Shown here: positions 1 to 15,000 of the stretch, in pieces
Layout: every line of letters begins with the position of its first letter
Numbering within the stretch: position 1 is the first letter of the stretch
Assembly: GCA_032718475.1 (NCBI GenBank)
Contig: JAUCBJ010000938.1
Location: 44,368-108,367 of the forward strand
Reading direction: 5' to 3'
DNA: 64,000 bases
DNA from: Nemertoderma westbladi
Lineage: Eukaryota; Animalia; Xenacoelomorpha
The notes under the pieces: generated by a model
The model's input: the letters and a program-made list of their open reading frames with translations, nothing else
Database searches by the model: none
What the model was told of the DNA's origin: nothing
Position numbers and translations under genes: made by a program

Positions 1-3000
1 CTATAAAGACTAGCTGAGGGTTTCCTGGCCAATGTATCCTATAGAGACTAGCTGAGGGGTTCCTGGCCAATGTATCCTATAGAGACTAGCTGAGAGGTTC
101 CTGGCCAATGGATCCTATAAAGACTAGCTGAGGGTTTCCTGGCCAATGTATCCTATAGAGACTAGCTGAGGGGTTCCTGGCCAATGGATCCTATAAAGAC
201 TAGCTGAGGGTTTCCTGGCCAATGTATCCTATAGAGACTAGCTGAGGGGTTCCTGGCCAATGGATCCTATAAAGACTAGCTGAGGGTTTCCTGGCCAATG
301 TATCCTATAGAGACTAGCTGAGGGGTTCCTGGCCAATGTATCCTATAGAGACTAGCTGAGGGTTTCCTGGCCAATGTATCCTATAGAGACTAGCTGAGAG
401 GTTCCTGGCCAATGTATCCTATAGAGACTAGCTGAGGGTTTCCTGGCCAATGTATCCTATAGAGACTAGCTGAGGGGTTCCTGGCCAATGGATCCTATAA
501 AGACTAGCTGAGGGGTTCCTGGCCAATGTATCCTATAGAGACTAGCTGAGAGGTTCCTGGCCAATGGATCCTATAGAGACTAGCTGAGGGGTTCCTGGCC
601 AATGTATCCTATAGAGACTAGCTGAGAGGTTCCTGGCCAATGGATCCTATAAAGACTAGCTCAGGGTTTCCTGGCCAATGTATCCTATAGAGACTAGCTG
701 AGGGGTTCCTGGCCAATGGATCCTATAAAGACTAGCTGAGGGTTTCCTGGCCAATGTATCCTATAGAGACTAGCTGAGGGGTTCCTGGCCAATGGATCCT
801 ATAAAGACTAGCTGAGGGTTTCCTGGCCAATGTATCCTATAGAGACTAGCTGAGGGGTTCCTGGCCAATGTATCCTATAGAGACTAGCTGAGGGGTTCCT
901 GGCCAATGGATCCTATAGAGACTAGCTGAGGGGTTCCTGGCCAATGTATCCTATAGAGACTAGCTGAGAGGTTCCTGGCCAATGGATCCTATAGAGACTA
1001 GCTTAGAGGTTCCTGGCCAATGTATCCTATAGAGACTAGCTGAGAGGTTCCTGGCCAATGGATCCTATAAAGACTAGCTGAGGGTTTCCTGGCCAATGTA
1101 TCCTATAAAGACTAGCTGAGGGTTTCCTGGCCAATGTATCCTATAGAGACTAGCTGAGGGGTTCCTGACCAATGTATCCTATAGAGACTAGCTGAGAGGT
1201 TCCTGGCCAATGGATCCTATAAAGACTAGCTGAGGGTTTCCTGGCCAATGTATCCTATAGAGACTAGCTGAGGGGTTCCTGACCAATGTATCCTATAGAG
1301 ACTAGCTGAGAGGTTCCTGACCAATTGATTTTATAGATACTAGCTTAGAGGTTCCTGGCCAATGTATCCTATAGAGACTAGCTGAGGGGTTCCTGGCCAA
1401 TGGATCCTATAGAGACTAGCTGAGGGGTTCCTGGCCAATGTATCCTATAGAGACTAGCTGAGGGTTTCCTGGCCAATGTATCCTATAGAGACTAGCTGAG
1501 GGTTTCCTGGCCAATGTATCCTATAGAGACTAGCTGATGGTTTCCTGGCCAATGGATCCTATAGAGACTAGCTGAGAGGTTCCTGGCCAATGGATCCTAT
1601 AAAGACTAGCTGAGGGTTTCCTGGCCAATGTATCCTATAGAGACTAGCTGAGGGGTTCCTGACCAATTGATTTTATAGATACTAGCTTAGAGGTTCCTGG
1701 CCAATGGATCCTATAAAGACTAGCTTAGGGGTTCGTGGCCAATGTATCCTATAGAGACTAGCTGAGGGGTTCCTGGCCAATGTATCCTATAGAGACTAGC
1801 TGAGAGGTTCCTGGCCAATGGATCCTATAAAGACTAGCTGAGGGGTTCCTGGCCAATGTATCCTATAGAGACTAGTTGAGAGGTTCCTGGCCAATGTATC
1901 CTATAGAGACTAGCTGAGGGGTTCCTGACCAATTGATTTTATAGATACTAGCTTAGAGGTTCCTGGCCAATGTATCCTATAGAGACTAGCTGAGGGGTTC
2001 CTGGCCAATGTATCCTATAGAGACTAGCTGAGGGGTTCCTGGCCAATGTATCCTATAGAGACTAGCTGAGGGTTTCCTGGCCAATGTATCCTATAGAGAC
2101 TAGCTGAGGGTTTCCTGGCCAATGTATCCTATAGAGACTAGCTGATGGTTTCCTGGCCAATGGATCCTATAGAGACTAGCTGAGAGGTTCCTGGCCAATG
2201 GATCCTATAAAGACTAGCTGAGGGTTTCCTGGCCAATGTATCCTATAGAGACTAGCTGAGGGGTTCCTGACCAATTGATTTTATAGATACTAGCTTAGAG
2301 GTTCCTGGCCAATGGATCCTATAAAGACTAGCTTAGGGGTTCGTGGCCAATGTATCCTATAGAGACTAGCTGAGGGGTTCCTGGCCAATGTATCCTATAG
2401 AGACTAGCTGAGAGGTTCCTGGCCAATGGATCCTATAAAGACTAGCTGAGGGGTTCCTGGCCAATGTATCCTATAGAGACTAGCTGAGGGGTTCCTGGCC
2501 AATGTATCCTATAGAGACTAGCTGAGGGGTTCCTGGCCAATGTATCCTATAGAGACTAGCTGAGGGGTTCCTGGCCAATGTATCCTATAGTGACTAGCTG
2601 AGAGGTTCCTGACCAATTGATTTTATAGATACTAGCTTAGAGGTTCCTGGCCAATGGATCCTATAAAGACTAGCTGAGGGGTTCCTGGCCAATGTATCCT
2701 ATAAAGACTAGCTTAGGGGTTCGTGGCCAATGTATCCTATAGAGACTAGCTGAGGGGTTCCTGGCCAATGTATCCTATAGAGACTAGCTGAGAGGTTCCT
2801 GGCCAATGGATCCTATAAAGACTAGCTGAGGGGTTCCTGGCCAATGTATCCTATAGAGACTAGCTGAGGGGTTCCTGGCCAATGTATCCTATAGAGACTA
2901 GCTGAGGGGTTCCTGGCCAATGTATCCTATAGAGACTAGCTGAGGGGTTCCTGGCCAATGTATCCTATAGAGACTAGCTGAGGGGTTCCTGACCAATTGA

Positions 3001-6000
3001 TTTTATAGATACTAGCTTAGAGGTTCCTGGCCAATGGATCCTATAAAGACTAGCTGAGGGTTTCCTGGCCAATGTATCCTATAGAGACTAGCTGAGGGGT
3101 TCCTGGCCAATGTATCCTATAGAGACTAGCTGAGGGGTTCCTGACCAATTGATTTTATAGATACTAGCTTAGAGGTTCCTGGCCAATGTATCCTATAGAG
3201 ACTAGCTGAGGGGTTCCTGGCCAATGTATCCTATAGAGACTAGCTGAGAGGTTCCTGGTCAATGGATCCTATAGAGACTAGCTGAGGGTTTCCTGGCCAA
3301 TGTATCCTATAGAGACTAGCTGAGGGGTTCCTGGCCAATGTATCCTATAGAGACTAGCTGAGGGGTTCCTGACCAATTGATTTTATAGATACTAGCTTAG
3401 AGGTTCCTGGCCAATGGATCCTATAGAGACTAGCTGAGGGGTTCCTGGCCAATGTATCCTATAGAGACTAGCTGAGGGTTTCCTGGCCAATGTATCCTAT
3501 AGAGACTAGCTGAGGGGTTCCTGGCCAATGTATCCTATAGAGACTAGCTGAGGGGTTCCTGACCAATTGATTTTATAGATACTAGCTTAGAGGTTCCTGG
3601 CCAATGGATCCTATAAAGACTAGCTGAGGGTTTCCTGGCCAATTTATCCTATAGAGACTAGCTGAGGGGTTCCTGGCCAATGTATCCTATAGAGACTAGC
3701 TGAGGGGTTCCTGGCCAATGTATCCTATAGAGACTAGCTGAGGGGTTCCTGGCCAATGTATCCTATAGAGACTAGCTGAGGGTTTCCTGGCCAATGTATC
3801 CTATAGAGACTAGCTGAGGGTTTCCTGGCCAATGTATCCTATAGAGACTAGCTGAGGGGTTCCTGGCCAATGTATCCTATAGAGACTAGCTGAGGGGTTC
3901 CTGGCCAATGTATCCTATAGAGACTAGCTGAGGGTTTCCTGGCCAATGTATCCTATAGAGACTAGCTGAGGGGTTCCTGGCCAATGTATCCTATAGAGAC
4001 TAGCTGAGGGGTTCCTGACCAATTAATTTTATAGATACTAGCTTAGAGGTTCCTGGCCAATGGATCCTATAAAGACTAGCTGAGGGTTTCCTGGCCAATT
4101 TATCCTATAGAGACTAGCTGAGGGGTTCCTGGCCAATGTATCCTATAGAGACTAGCTGAGGGGTTCCTGGCCAATGTATCCTATAGAGACTAGCTGAGGG
4201 GTTCCTGACCAATTGATTTTATAGATACTAGCTTAGAGGTTCCTGGCCAATGTATCCTATAGAGACTAGCTTAGAGGTTCCTGGCCAATGGATCCTATAG
4301 AGACTAGTTGAGGGGTTCCTGGCCAATGTATCCTATAGAGACTAGCTGAGGGGTTCCTGACCAATTGATTTTATAGATACTAGCTTAGAGGTTCCTGGCC
4401 AATGTATCCTATAGAGACTAGCTGAGGGGTTCCTGACCAATTGATTTTATAGATACTAGCTTAGAGGTTCATGGCCAATGTATCCTATAGAGACTAGCTG
4501 AGGGGTTCCTGGCCAATGTATCCTATAGAGACTAGCTGAGGGGTTCCTGGCCAATGTATCCTATAGAGACTAGCTTAGGGGTTCCTGACCAATTGATTTT
4601 ATAGATACTAGCTTAGAGGTTCCTGGCCAATGGATCCTATAAAGACTAGCTGAGGGTTTCCTGGCCAATGTATCCTATAGAGACTAGCTGAGGGGTTCCT
4701 GGCCAATGTATCCTATAGAGACTAGCTGAGGGGTTCCTGACCAATTGATTTTATAGATACTAGCTTAGAGGTTCCTGGCCAATGTATCCTATAGAGACTA
4801 GCTGAGGGGTTCCTGGCCAATGGATCCTTTAGAGACTAGCTGATGGTTTCCTGACCAATGTATCCTATAGAGACTAGATGATGGTTTCCTGACCAATGTA
4901 TCCTATAGAGACTAGCTGAGGGGTTCCTGGCCAATGGATCCTATAAAGACTAGCTGAGGGTTTCCTGGCCAATGTATCCTATAGAGACTAGCTGAGGGGT
5001 TCCTGGCCAATGGATCCTATAAAGACTAGCTGAGGGTTTCCTGGCCAATGTATCCTATAGAGACTAGCTGAGGGGTTCCTGGCCAATGGATCCTATAAAG
5101 ACTAGCTGAGGGTTTCCTGGCCAATGTATCCTATAGAGACTAGCTGAGGGGTTCCTGGCCAATGTATCCTATAGAGACTAGCTGAGAGGTTCCTGGCCAA
5201 TGGATCCTATAAAGACTAGCTGAGGGTTTCCTGGCCAATGTATCCTATAGAGACTAGCTGAGGGGTTCCTGGCCAATGGATCCTATAAAGACTAGCTGAG
5301 GGTTTCCTGGCCAATGTATCCTATAGAGAGTAGCTTAGAGGTTCCTGGCCAATGTATCCTATAGAGACTAGCTGAGAGGTTCCTGGCCAATGGATCCTAT
5401 AAAGACTAGCTGAGGGTTTCCTGGCCAATGTATCCTATAGAGAGTAGCTTAGAGGTTCCTGGCCAATGTATCCTATAGAGACTAGCTGAGGGTTTCCTGG
5501 CCAATGTATCCTATAGAGACTAGCTGAGGGTTTCCTGGCCAATGTATCCTATAGAGACTAGCTGATGGTTTCCTGGCCAATGGATCCTATAGAGACTAGC
5601 TGAGAGGTTCCTGGCCAATGGATCCTATAAAGACTAGCTGAGGGTTTCCTGGCCAATGTATCCTATAGAGACTAGCTGAGGGGTTCCTGACCAATTGATT
5701 TTATAGATACTAGCTTAGAGGTTCCTGGCCAATGGATCCTATAAAGACTAGCTTAGGGGTTCGTGGCCAATGTATCCTATAGAGACTAGCTGAGGGGTTC
5801 CTGGCCAATGTATCCTATAGAGACTAGCTGAGAGGTTCCTGGCCAATGGATCCTATAAAGACTAGCTGAGGGGTTCCTGGCCAATGTATCCTATAGAGAC
5901 TAGCTGAGGGGTTCCTGGCCAATGTATCCTATAGAGACTAGCTGAGGGGTTCCTGGCCAATGTATCCTATAGAGACTAGCTGAGGGGTTCCTGGCCAATG

Positions 6001-9000
6001 TATCCTATAGTGACTAGCTGAGAGGTTCCTGACCAATTGATTTTATAGATACTAGCTTAGAGGTTCCTGGCCAATGTATCCTATAGAGACTAGCTGAGGG
6101 GTTCCTGGCCAATGTATCCTATAGAGACTAGCTGAGGGGTTCCTGACCAATTGATTTTATAGATACTAGCTTAGAGGTTCCTGGCCAATGGATCCTATAA
6201 AGACTAGCTGAGGGTTTCCTGGCCAATGTATCCTATAGAGACTAGCTGAGGGGTTCCTGGCCAATGTATCCTATAGAGACTAGCTGAGGGGTTCCTGACC
6301 AATTGATTTTATAGATACTAGCTTAGAGGTTCCTGGCCAATGTATCCTATAGAGACTAGCTGAGGGGTTCCTGGCCAATGTATCCTATAGAGACTAGCTG
6401 AGGGGTTCCTGACCAATTGATTTTATAGATACTAGCTTAGAGGTTCCTGGCCAATGGATCCTATAAAGACTAGCTGAGGGTTTCCTGGCCAATGTATCCT
6501 ATAGAGACTAGCTGAGGGGTTCCTGGCCAATGTATCCTATAGAGACTAGCTGAGGGGTTCCTGGCCAATGTATCCTATAGAGACTAGCTGAGGGGTTCCT
6601 GACCAATTGATTTTATAGATACTAGCTTAGAGGTTCCTGGCCAATGTATCCTATAGAGACTAGCTGAGGGTTCCTGGCCAATGGATCCTATAGAGACTAG
6701 CTGAGGGGTTCCTGGCCAATGTATCCTATAGAGACTAGCTGAGGGGTTCCTGACCAATTGATTTTATAGATACTAGCTTAGAGGTTCCTGGCCAATGTAT
6801 CCTATAGAGACTAGCTGAGGGGTTCCTGACCAATTGATTTTATAGATACTAGCTTAGAGGTTCATGGCCAATGTATCCTATAGAGACTAGCTGAGGGGTT
6901 CCTGGCCAATGTATCCTATAGAGACTAGCTGAGGGGTTCCTGGCCAATGTATCCTATAGAGACTAGCTGAGGGGTTCCTGGCCAATGTATCCTATAGAGA
7001 CTAGCTGAGGGGTTCCTGGCCAATGTATCCTATAGAGACTAGCTGAGGGGTTCCTGGCCAATGTATCCTATAGAGACTAGCTGAGGGGTTCCTGACCAAT
7101 TGATTTTATAGATACTAGCTTAGAGGTTCCTGGCCAATGGATCCTATAAAGACTAGCTGAGGGTTTCCTGGCCAATGTATCCTATAGAGACTAGCTGAGG
7201 GGTTCCTGGCCAATGTATCCTATAGAGACTAGCTGAGGGGTTCCTGGCCAAGTATCCTATAGAGACTAGCTTAGGGGTTCCTGACCAATTGATTTTATAG
7301 ATACTAGCTTAGAGGTTCCTGGCCAATGGATCCTATAAAGACTAGCTGAGGGTTTCCTGGCCAATGTATCCTATAGAGACTAGCTGAGGGGTTCCTGGCC
7401 AATGTATCCTATAGAGACTAGCTGAGGGGTTCCTGACCAATTGATTTTATAGATACTAGCTTAGAGGTTCCTGGCCAATGTATCCTATAGAGACTAGCTG
7501 AGGGGTTCCTGGCCAATGGATCCTTTAGAGACTAGCTGATGGTTTCCTGACCAATGTATCCTATAGAGACTAGCTGATGGTTTCCTGACCAATGTATCCT
7601 ATAGAGACTAGCTGAGGGGTTCCTGGCCAATGGATCCTATAGAGACTAGCTGAGGGTTTCCTGGCCAATGTATCCTATAGAGACTAGCTGAGGGGTTCCT
7701 GGCCAATGGATCCTATAGAGACTAGCTGAGGGTTTCCTGGCCAATGTATCCTATAGAGACTAGCTGAGGGGTTCCTGGCCAATGGATCCTATAGAGACTA
7801 GCTGAGGGTTTCCTGGCCAATGTATCCTATAGAGACTAGCTGAGGGGTTCCTGGCCAATGTATCCTATAGAGACTAGCTGAGAGGTTCCTGGCCAATGTA
7901 TCCTATAGAGACTAGCTGAGGGTTTCCTGGCCAATGTATCCTATAGAGACTAGCTGAGGGGTTCCTGGCCAATGGATCCTATAGAGACTAGCTGAGGGTT
8001 TCCTGGCCAATGTATCCTATAGAGAGTAGCTTAGAGGTTCCTGGCCAATGTATCCTATAGAGACTAGCTGAGAGGTTCCTGGCCAATGTATCCTATAAAG
8101 ACTAGCTGAGGGTTTCCTGGCCAATGTATCCTATAGAGACTAGCTGAGAGGTTCCTGGCCAATGTATCCTATAGAGACTAGCTGAGGGTTCCTGGCCAAT
8201 GGATCCTATAAAGACTAGCTGAGGGTTTCCTGGCCAATGTATCCTATAGAGACTAGCTGAGAGGTTCCTGGCCAATGTATCCTATAGAGACTAGCTGAGG
8301 GGTTCCTGGCCAATGGATCCTATAAAGACTAGCTGAGGGTTTCCTGGCCAATGTATCCTATAGAGACTAGCTGAGAGGTTCCTGGCCAATGTATCCTATA
8401 GAGACTAGCTGAGAGGTTCCTGGCCAATGGATCCTATAGAGACTAGCTGAGGGGTTCCTGGCCAATGATCCTATAGAGACTAGCTGAGAGGTTCCTGGCC
8501 AATGTATCCTATAGAGACTAGCTGAGGGGTTCCTGGCCAATGTATCCTATAGAGACTAGCTGAGAGGTTCCTGGCCAATGTATCCTATAGAGACTAGCTG
8601 AGGGGTTCCTGGCCAATGTATCCTATAGAGACTAGCTGAGGGGTTCCTGGCCAATGTATCCTATAGAGACTAGCTGAGGGTTTCCTGGCCAATGTATCCT
8701 ATAGAGACTAGCTGAGGGTTTCCTGGCCAATGGATCCTATAGAGACTAGCTGAGAGGTTCCTGGCCAATGGATCCTATAGAGACTAGCTGAGGGTTTCCT
8801 GGCCAATGTATCCTATAGAGACTAGCTGAGGGGTTCCTGACCAATTGATTTTATAGATACTAGCTTAGAGGTTCCTGGCCAATGGATCCTATAAAGACTA
8901 GCTTAGGGGTTCCTGGCCAATGTATCCTATAGAGACTAGCTGAGGGGTTCCTGGCCAATGTATCCTATAGAGACTAGCTGAGAGGTTCCTGGCCAATGGA

Positions 9001-12000
9001 TCCTATAAAGACTAGCTGAGGGGTTCCTGGCCAATGTATCCTATAGAGACTAGCTGAGGGGTTCCTGGCCAATGTATCCTATAGAGACTAGCTGAGAGGT
9101 TCCTGGCCAATGGATCCTATAGAGACTAGCTGAGAGGTTCCTGGCCAATGGATCCTATAAAGACTAGCTGAGGGTTTCCTGGCCAATGTATCCTATAGAG
9201 ACTAGCTGAGAGGTTCCTGGCCAATGTATCCTATAGAGACTAGCTGAGGGGTTCCTGGCCAATGTATCCTATAGAGACTAGCTGAGAGGTTCCTGGCCAA
9301 TGTATCCTATAGAGACTAGCTGAGAGGTTCCTGGCCAATGGATCCTATAGAGACTAGCTGAGGGTTTCCTGGCCAATGTATCCTATAGAGACTAGCTGAG
9401 GGGTTCCTGGCCAATGTATCCTATAGAGACTAGCTGAGGGGTTCCTGGCCAATGGATCCTATAGAGACTAGCTGAGGGGTTCCTGGCCAATGTATCCTAT
9501 AGAGACTAGCTGAGAGGTTCCTGACCAATTGATTTTATAGATACTAGCTTAGAGGTTCCTGGCCAATGTATCCTATAGAGACTAGCTGAGGGGTTCCTGG
9601 CCAATGTATCCTATAGAGACTAGCTGAGGGGTTCCTGACCAATTGATTTTATAGATACTAGCTTAGAGGTTCCTGGCCAATGTATCCTATAGAGACTAGC
9701 TGAGGGGTTCCTGGCCAATGTATCCTATAGAGACTAGCTGAGGGGTTCCTGACCAATTGATTTTATAGATACTAGCTTAGAGGTTCCTGGCCAATGGATC
9801 CTATAAAGACTAGCTGAGGGGTTCCTGGCCAATGTATCCTATAGAGACTAGCTGAGGGGTTCCTGGCCAATGTATCCTATAGAGACTAGCTGAGGGGTTC
9901 CTGACCAATTGATTTTATAGATACTAGCTTAGAGGTTCCTGGCCAATGGATCCTATAAAGACTAGCTGAGGGTTTCCTGGCCAATGTATCCTATAGAGAC
10001 TAGCTGAGGGGTTCCTGGCCAATGTATCCTATAGAGACTAGCTGAGGGGTTCCTGACCAATTGATTTTATAGATACTAGCTTAGAGGTTCCTGGCCAATG
10101 TATCCTATAGAGACTAGCTGAGGGGTTCCTGGCCAATGGATCCTTTAGAGACTAGCTGATGGTTTCCTGACCAATGTATCCTATAGAGACTAGCTGATGG
10201 TTTCCTGACCAATGTATCCTATAGAGACTAGCTGAGGGGTTCCTGGCCAATGTATCCTATAGAGACTAGCTGAGGGGTTCCTGGCCAATGTATCCTATAG
10301 AGACTAGCTGAGGGGTTCCTGACCAATTGATTTTATAGATACTAGCTTAGAGGTTCCTGGCCAATGTATCCTATAGAGACTAGCTGAGGGGTTCCTGGCC
10401 AATGGATCCTTTAGAGACTAGCTGAGGGTTTCCTGGCCAATGTATCCTATAGAGACTAGCTGAGGGTTTCCTGACCAATGTATCCTATAGAGACTAGCTG
10501 ATGGTTTCCTGACCAATGTATCCTATAGAGACTAGCTGAGGGGTTCCTGGCCAATGTATCCTATAGAGACTAGCTGAGGGGTTCCTGACCAATTGATTTT
10601 ATAGATACTAGCTTAGAGGTTCCTGGCCAATGTATCCTATAGAGACTAGCTGAGGGGTTCCTGGCCAATGTATCCTATAGAGACTAGCTGATGGTTTCCT
10701 GACCAATGTATCCTATAGAGACTAGCTGATGGTTTCCTGACCAATGTATCCTATAGAGACTAGCTGAGGGGTTCCTGGCCAATGTATCCTATAGAGACTA
10801 GCTGAGGGGTTCCTGGCCAATGTATCCTATAGAGACTAGCTGATGGTTTCCTGACCAATGTATCCTATAGAGACTAGCTGATGGTTTCCTGACCAATGTA
10901 TCCTATAGAGACTAGCTGAGGGGTTCCTGGCCAATGTATCCTATAGAGACTAGCTGAGGGGTTCCTGGCCAATGTATCCTATAGAGACTAGCTGATGGGT
11001 TCCTGGCCAATGTATCCTATAGAGACTAGCTGAGGGTTTCCTGGCCAATGTATCCTATAGAGACTAGCTGAGAGGTTCCTGGCCAATGTATCCTATAGAG
11101 ACTAGCTGAGGGGTTCCTGGCCAATGTATCCTATAGAGACTAGCTGAGAGGTTCCTGGCCAATGTATCCTATAGAGACTAGCTGAGAGGTTCCTGGCCAA
11201 TGTATCCTATAGAGACTAGCTGAGGGGTTCCTGGCCAATGTATCCTATAGAGACTAGCTGAGGGTTTCCTGGCCAATGTATCCTATAGAGACTAGCTGAG
11301 GGGTTCCTGGCCAATGTATCCTATAGAGACTAGCTGAGGGTTTCCTGGCCAATGGATCCTATAGAGACTAGCTGAGAAGTTCCTGGCCAATGTATCCTAT
11401 AGAGACTAGCTGAGGGTTTCCTGGCCAATGGATCCTATAGAGACTAGCTGAGGGGTTCCTGGCCAATGTATCCTATAAAGACTAGCTGAGAGGTTCCTGG
11501 CCAATGTATCCTATAGAGACTAGCTGAGAGGTTCCTGGCCAATGGATCCTATAGAGACTAGCTGAGGGTTTCCTGGCCAATGTATCCTATAGAGACTAGC
11601 TGAGGGGTTCCTGGCCAATGGATCCTATAGAGACTAGCTGAGAGGTTCCTGGCCAATGTATCCTATAGAGACTAGCTGAGAGGTTCCTGGCCAATGTATC
11701 CTATAGAGACTAGCTGAGAGGTTCCTGGCCAATGTATCCTATAGAGACTAGCTGAGAGGTTCCTGGCCAATGTATCCTATAGAGACTAGCTGAGGGGTTC
11801 CTGGCCAATGGATCCTATAAAGACTAGCTGAGGGGTTCCTGGCCAATGTATCCTATAGAGACTAGCTGAGAGGTTCCTGGCCAATGTATCCTATAGAGAC
11901 TAGCTGAGAGGTTCCTGGCCAATGTATCCTATAGAGACTAGCTGAGAGGTTCCTGGCCAATGTATCCTATAGAGACTAGCTGAGAGGTTCCTGGCCAATG

Positions 12001-15000
12001 TATCCTATAGAGACTAGCTGAGAGGTTCCTGGCCAATGTATCCTATAGAGACTAGATGAGGGGTTCCTGGCCAATGTATCCTATAGAGACTAGCTGAGGG
12101 TTTCCTGGCCAATGTATCCTATAGAGACTAGCTGATGGTTTCCTGACCAATGTATCCTATAGAGACTAGCTGAGGGTTTCCTGGCCAATGTATCCTATAG
12201 AGAGTAGCTTAGAGGTTCCTGGCCAATGTATCCTATAGAGACTAGCTGAGGGGTTCCTGGCCAATGTATCCTATAGAGACTAGCTGAGGGGTTCCTGGCC
12301 AATGTATCCTATAGAGACTAGCTGAGAGGTTCCTGACCAATGTATCCTATAGAGACTAGCTGAGGGTTTCCTGGCCAATGTATCCTATAGAGAGTAGCTT
12401 AGAGGTTCCTGACCAATGTATCCTATAGAGACTAGCTGAGGGTTTCCTGGCCAATGTATCCTATAGAGAGTAGCTTAGAGGTTCCTGACCAATGTATCCT
12501 ATAGAGACTAGCTGAGGGGTTCCTGGCCAATGTATCCTATAGAGACTAGCTGAGGGTTTCCTGGCCAATGTATCCTATAGAGACTAGCTGAGGGGTTCCT
12601 GGCCAATGGATCCTATAGAGACTAGCTGAGAGGTTCCTGGCCAATGTATCCTATAGAGACTAGCTGAGGGGTTCCTGACCAATTGATTTTATAGATACTA
12701 GCTTAGAGGTTCCTGGCCAATGGATCCTATAAAGACTAGCTGAGGGTTTCCTGGCCAATTTATCCTATAGAGACTAGCTGAGGGGTTCCTGGCCAATGTA
12801 TCCTATAGAGACTAGCTGAGGGGTTCCTGGCCAATGTATCCTATAGAGACTAGCTGAGGGGTTCCTGACCAATTGATTTTATAGATACTAGCTTAGAGGT
12901 TCCTGGCCAATGTATCCTATAGAGACTAGCTTAGAGGTTCCTGGCCAATGGATCCTATAGAGACTAGTTGAGGGGTTCCTGGCCAATGTATCCTATAGAG
13001 ACTAGCTGAGGGGTTCCTGACCAATTGATTTTATAGATACTAGCTTAGAGGTTCCTGGCCAATGTATCCTATAGAGACTAGCTGAGGGGTTCCTGACCAA
13101 TTGATTTTATAGATACTAGCTTAGAGGTTCCTGGCCAATGTATCCTATAGAGACTAGCTGAGAGGTTCCTGGCCAATGGATCCTATAAAGACTAGCTGAG
13201 GGGTTCCTGGCCAATGTATCCTATAGAGACTAGCTGAGAGGTTCCTGGCCAATGGATCCTATAGAGACTAGCTGAGAGGTTCCTGGCCAATGTATCCTAT
13301 AGAGACTAGCTGAGAGGTTCCTGGCCAATGTATCCTATAGAGACTAGCTGAGAGGTTCCTGGCCAATGTATCCTATAGAGACTAGCTGAGAGGTTCCTGG
13401 CCAATGTATCCTATAGAGACTAGATGAGGGGTTCCTGGCCAATGTATCCTATAGAGACTAGCTGAGGGGTTCCTGGCCAATGTATCCTATAGAGACTAGC
13501 TGAGAGGTTCCTGACCAATGTATCCTATAGAGACTAGCTGAGGGTTTCCTGGCCAATGTATCCTATAGAGACTAGCTGAGGGTTTCCTGGCCAATGTATC
13601 CTATAGAGACTAGCTGAGGGTTCCTGGCCAATTGTATCCTATAGAGACTAGCTGAGGGGTTCCTGGCCAATGTATCCTATAGAGACTAGCTGAGGGGTTC
13701 CTGGCCAATGTATCCTATAGAGACTAGCTGAGAGGTTCCTGACCAATGTATCCTATAGAGACTAGCTGAGGGTTTCCTGGCCAATGTATCCTATAGAGAG
13801 TAGCTTAGAGGTTCCTGACCAATGTATCCTATAGAGACTAGCTGAGGGGTTCCTGGCCAATGTATCCTATAGAGACTAGCTGAGGGTTTCCTGGCCAATG
13901 TATCCTATAGAGACTAGCTGAGGGGTTCCTGGCCAATGTATCCTATAGAGACTAGCTGAGGGTTTCCTGGCCAATGGATCCTATAGAGACTAGCTGAGGG
14001 GTTCCTGACCAATTGATTTTATAGATACTAGCTTAGAGGTTCCTGGCCAATGGATCCTATAAAGACTAGCTGAGGGTTTCCTGGCCAATTTATCCTATAG
14101 AGACTAGCTGAGGGGTTCCTGGCCAATGTATCCTATAGAGACTAGCTGAGAAGTTCCTGGCCAATGTATCCTATAGAGACTAGCTGAGGGGTTCCTGACC
14201 AATTGATTTTATAGATACTAGCTTAGAGGTTCCTGGCCAATGGATCCTATAAAGACTAGCTGAGGGTTTCCTGGCCAATTTATCCTATAGAGACTAGCTG
14301 AGGGGTTCCTGGCCAATGTATCCTATAGAGACTAGCTGAGGGGTTCCTGGCCAATGTATCCTATAGAGACTAGCTGAGGGGTTCCTGACCAATTGATTTT
14401 ATAGATACTAGCTTAGAGGTTCCTGGCCAATGTATCCTATAGAGACTAGCTTAGAGGTTCCTGGCCAATGGATCCTATAGAGACTAGTTGAGGGGTTCCT
14501 GGCCAATGTATCCTATAGAGACTAGCTGAGGGGTTCCTGACCAATTGATTTTATAGATACTAGCTTAGAGGTTCCTGGCCAATGTATCCTATAGAGACTA
14601 GCTGAGGGGTTCCTGACCAATTGATTTTATAGATACTAGCTTAGAGGTTCATGGCCAATGTATCCTATAGAGACTAGCTGAGGGTTTCCTGGCCAATGTA
14701 TCCTATAGAGACTAGCTGAGGGGTTCCTGGCCAATGTATCCTATAGAGACTAGCTTAGGGGTTCCTGACCAATGGATCCTATAGAGACTAGCTGAGGGGT
14801 TCCTGGCCAATGTATCCTATAGAGACTAGCTGAGGGGTTCCTGACCAATTGATTTTATAGATACTAGCTTAGAGGTTCCTGGCCAATGTATCCTATAGAG
14901 ACTAGCTGAGGGGTTCCTGGCCAATGGATCCTTTAGAGACTAGCTGATGGTTTCCTGACCAATGTATCCTATAGAGACTAGATGATGGTTTCCTGACCAA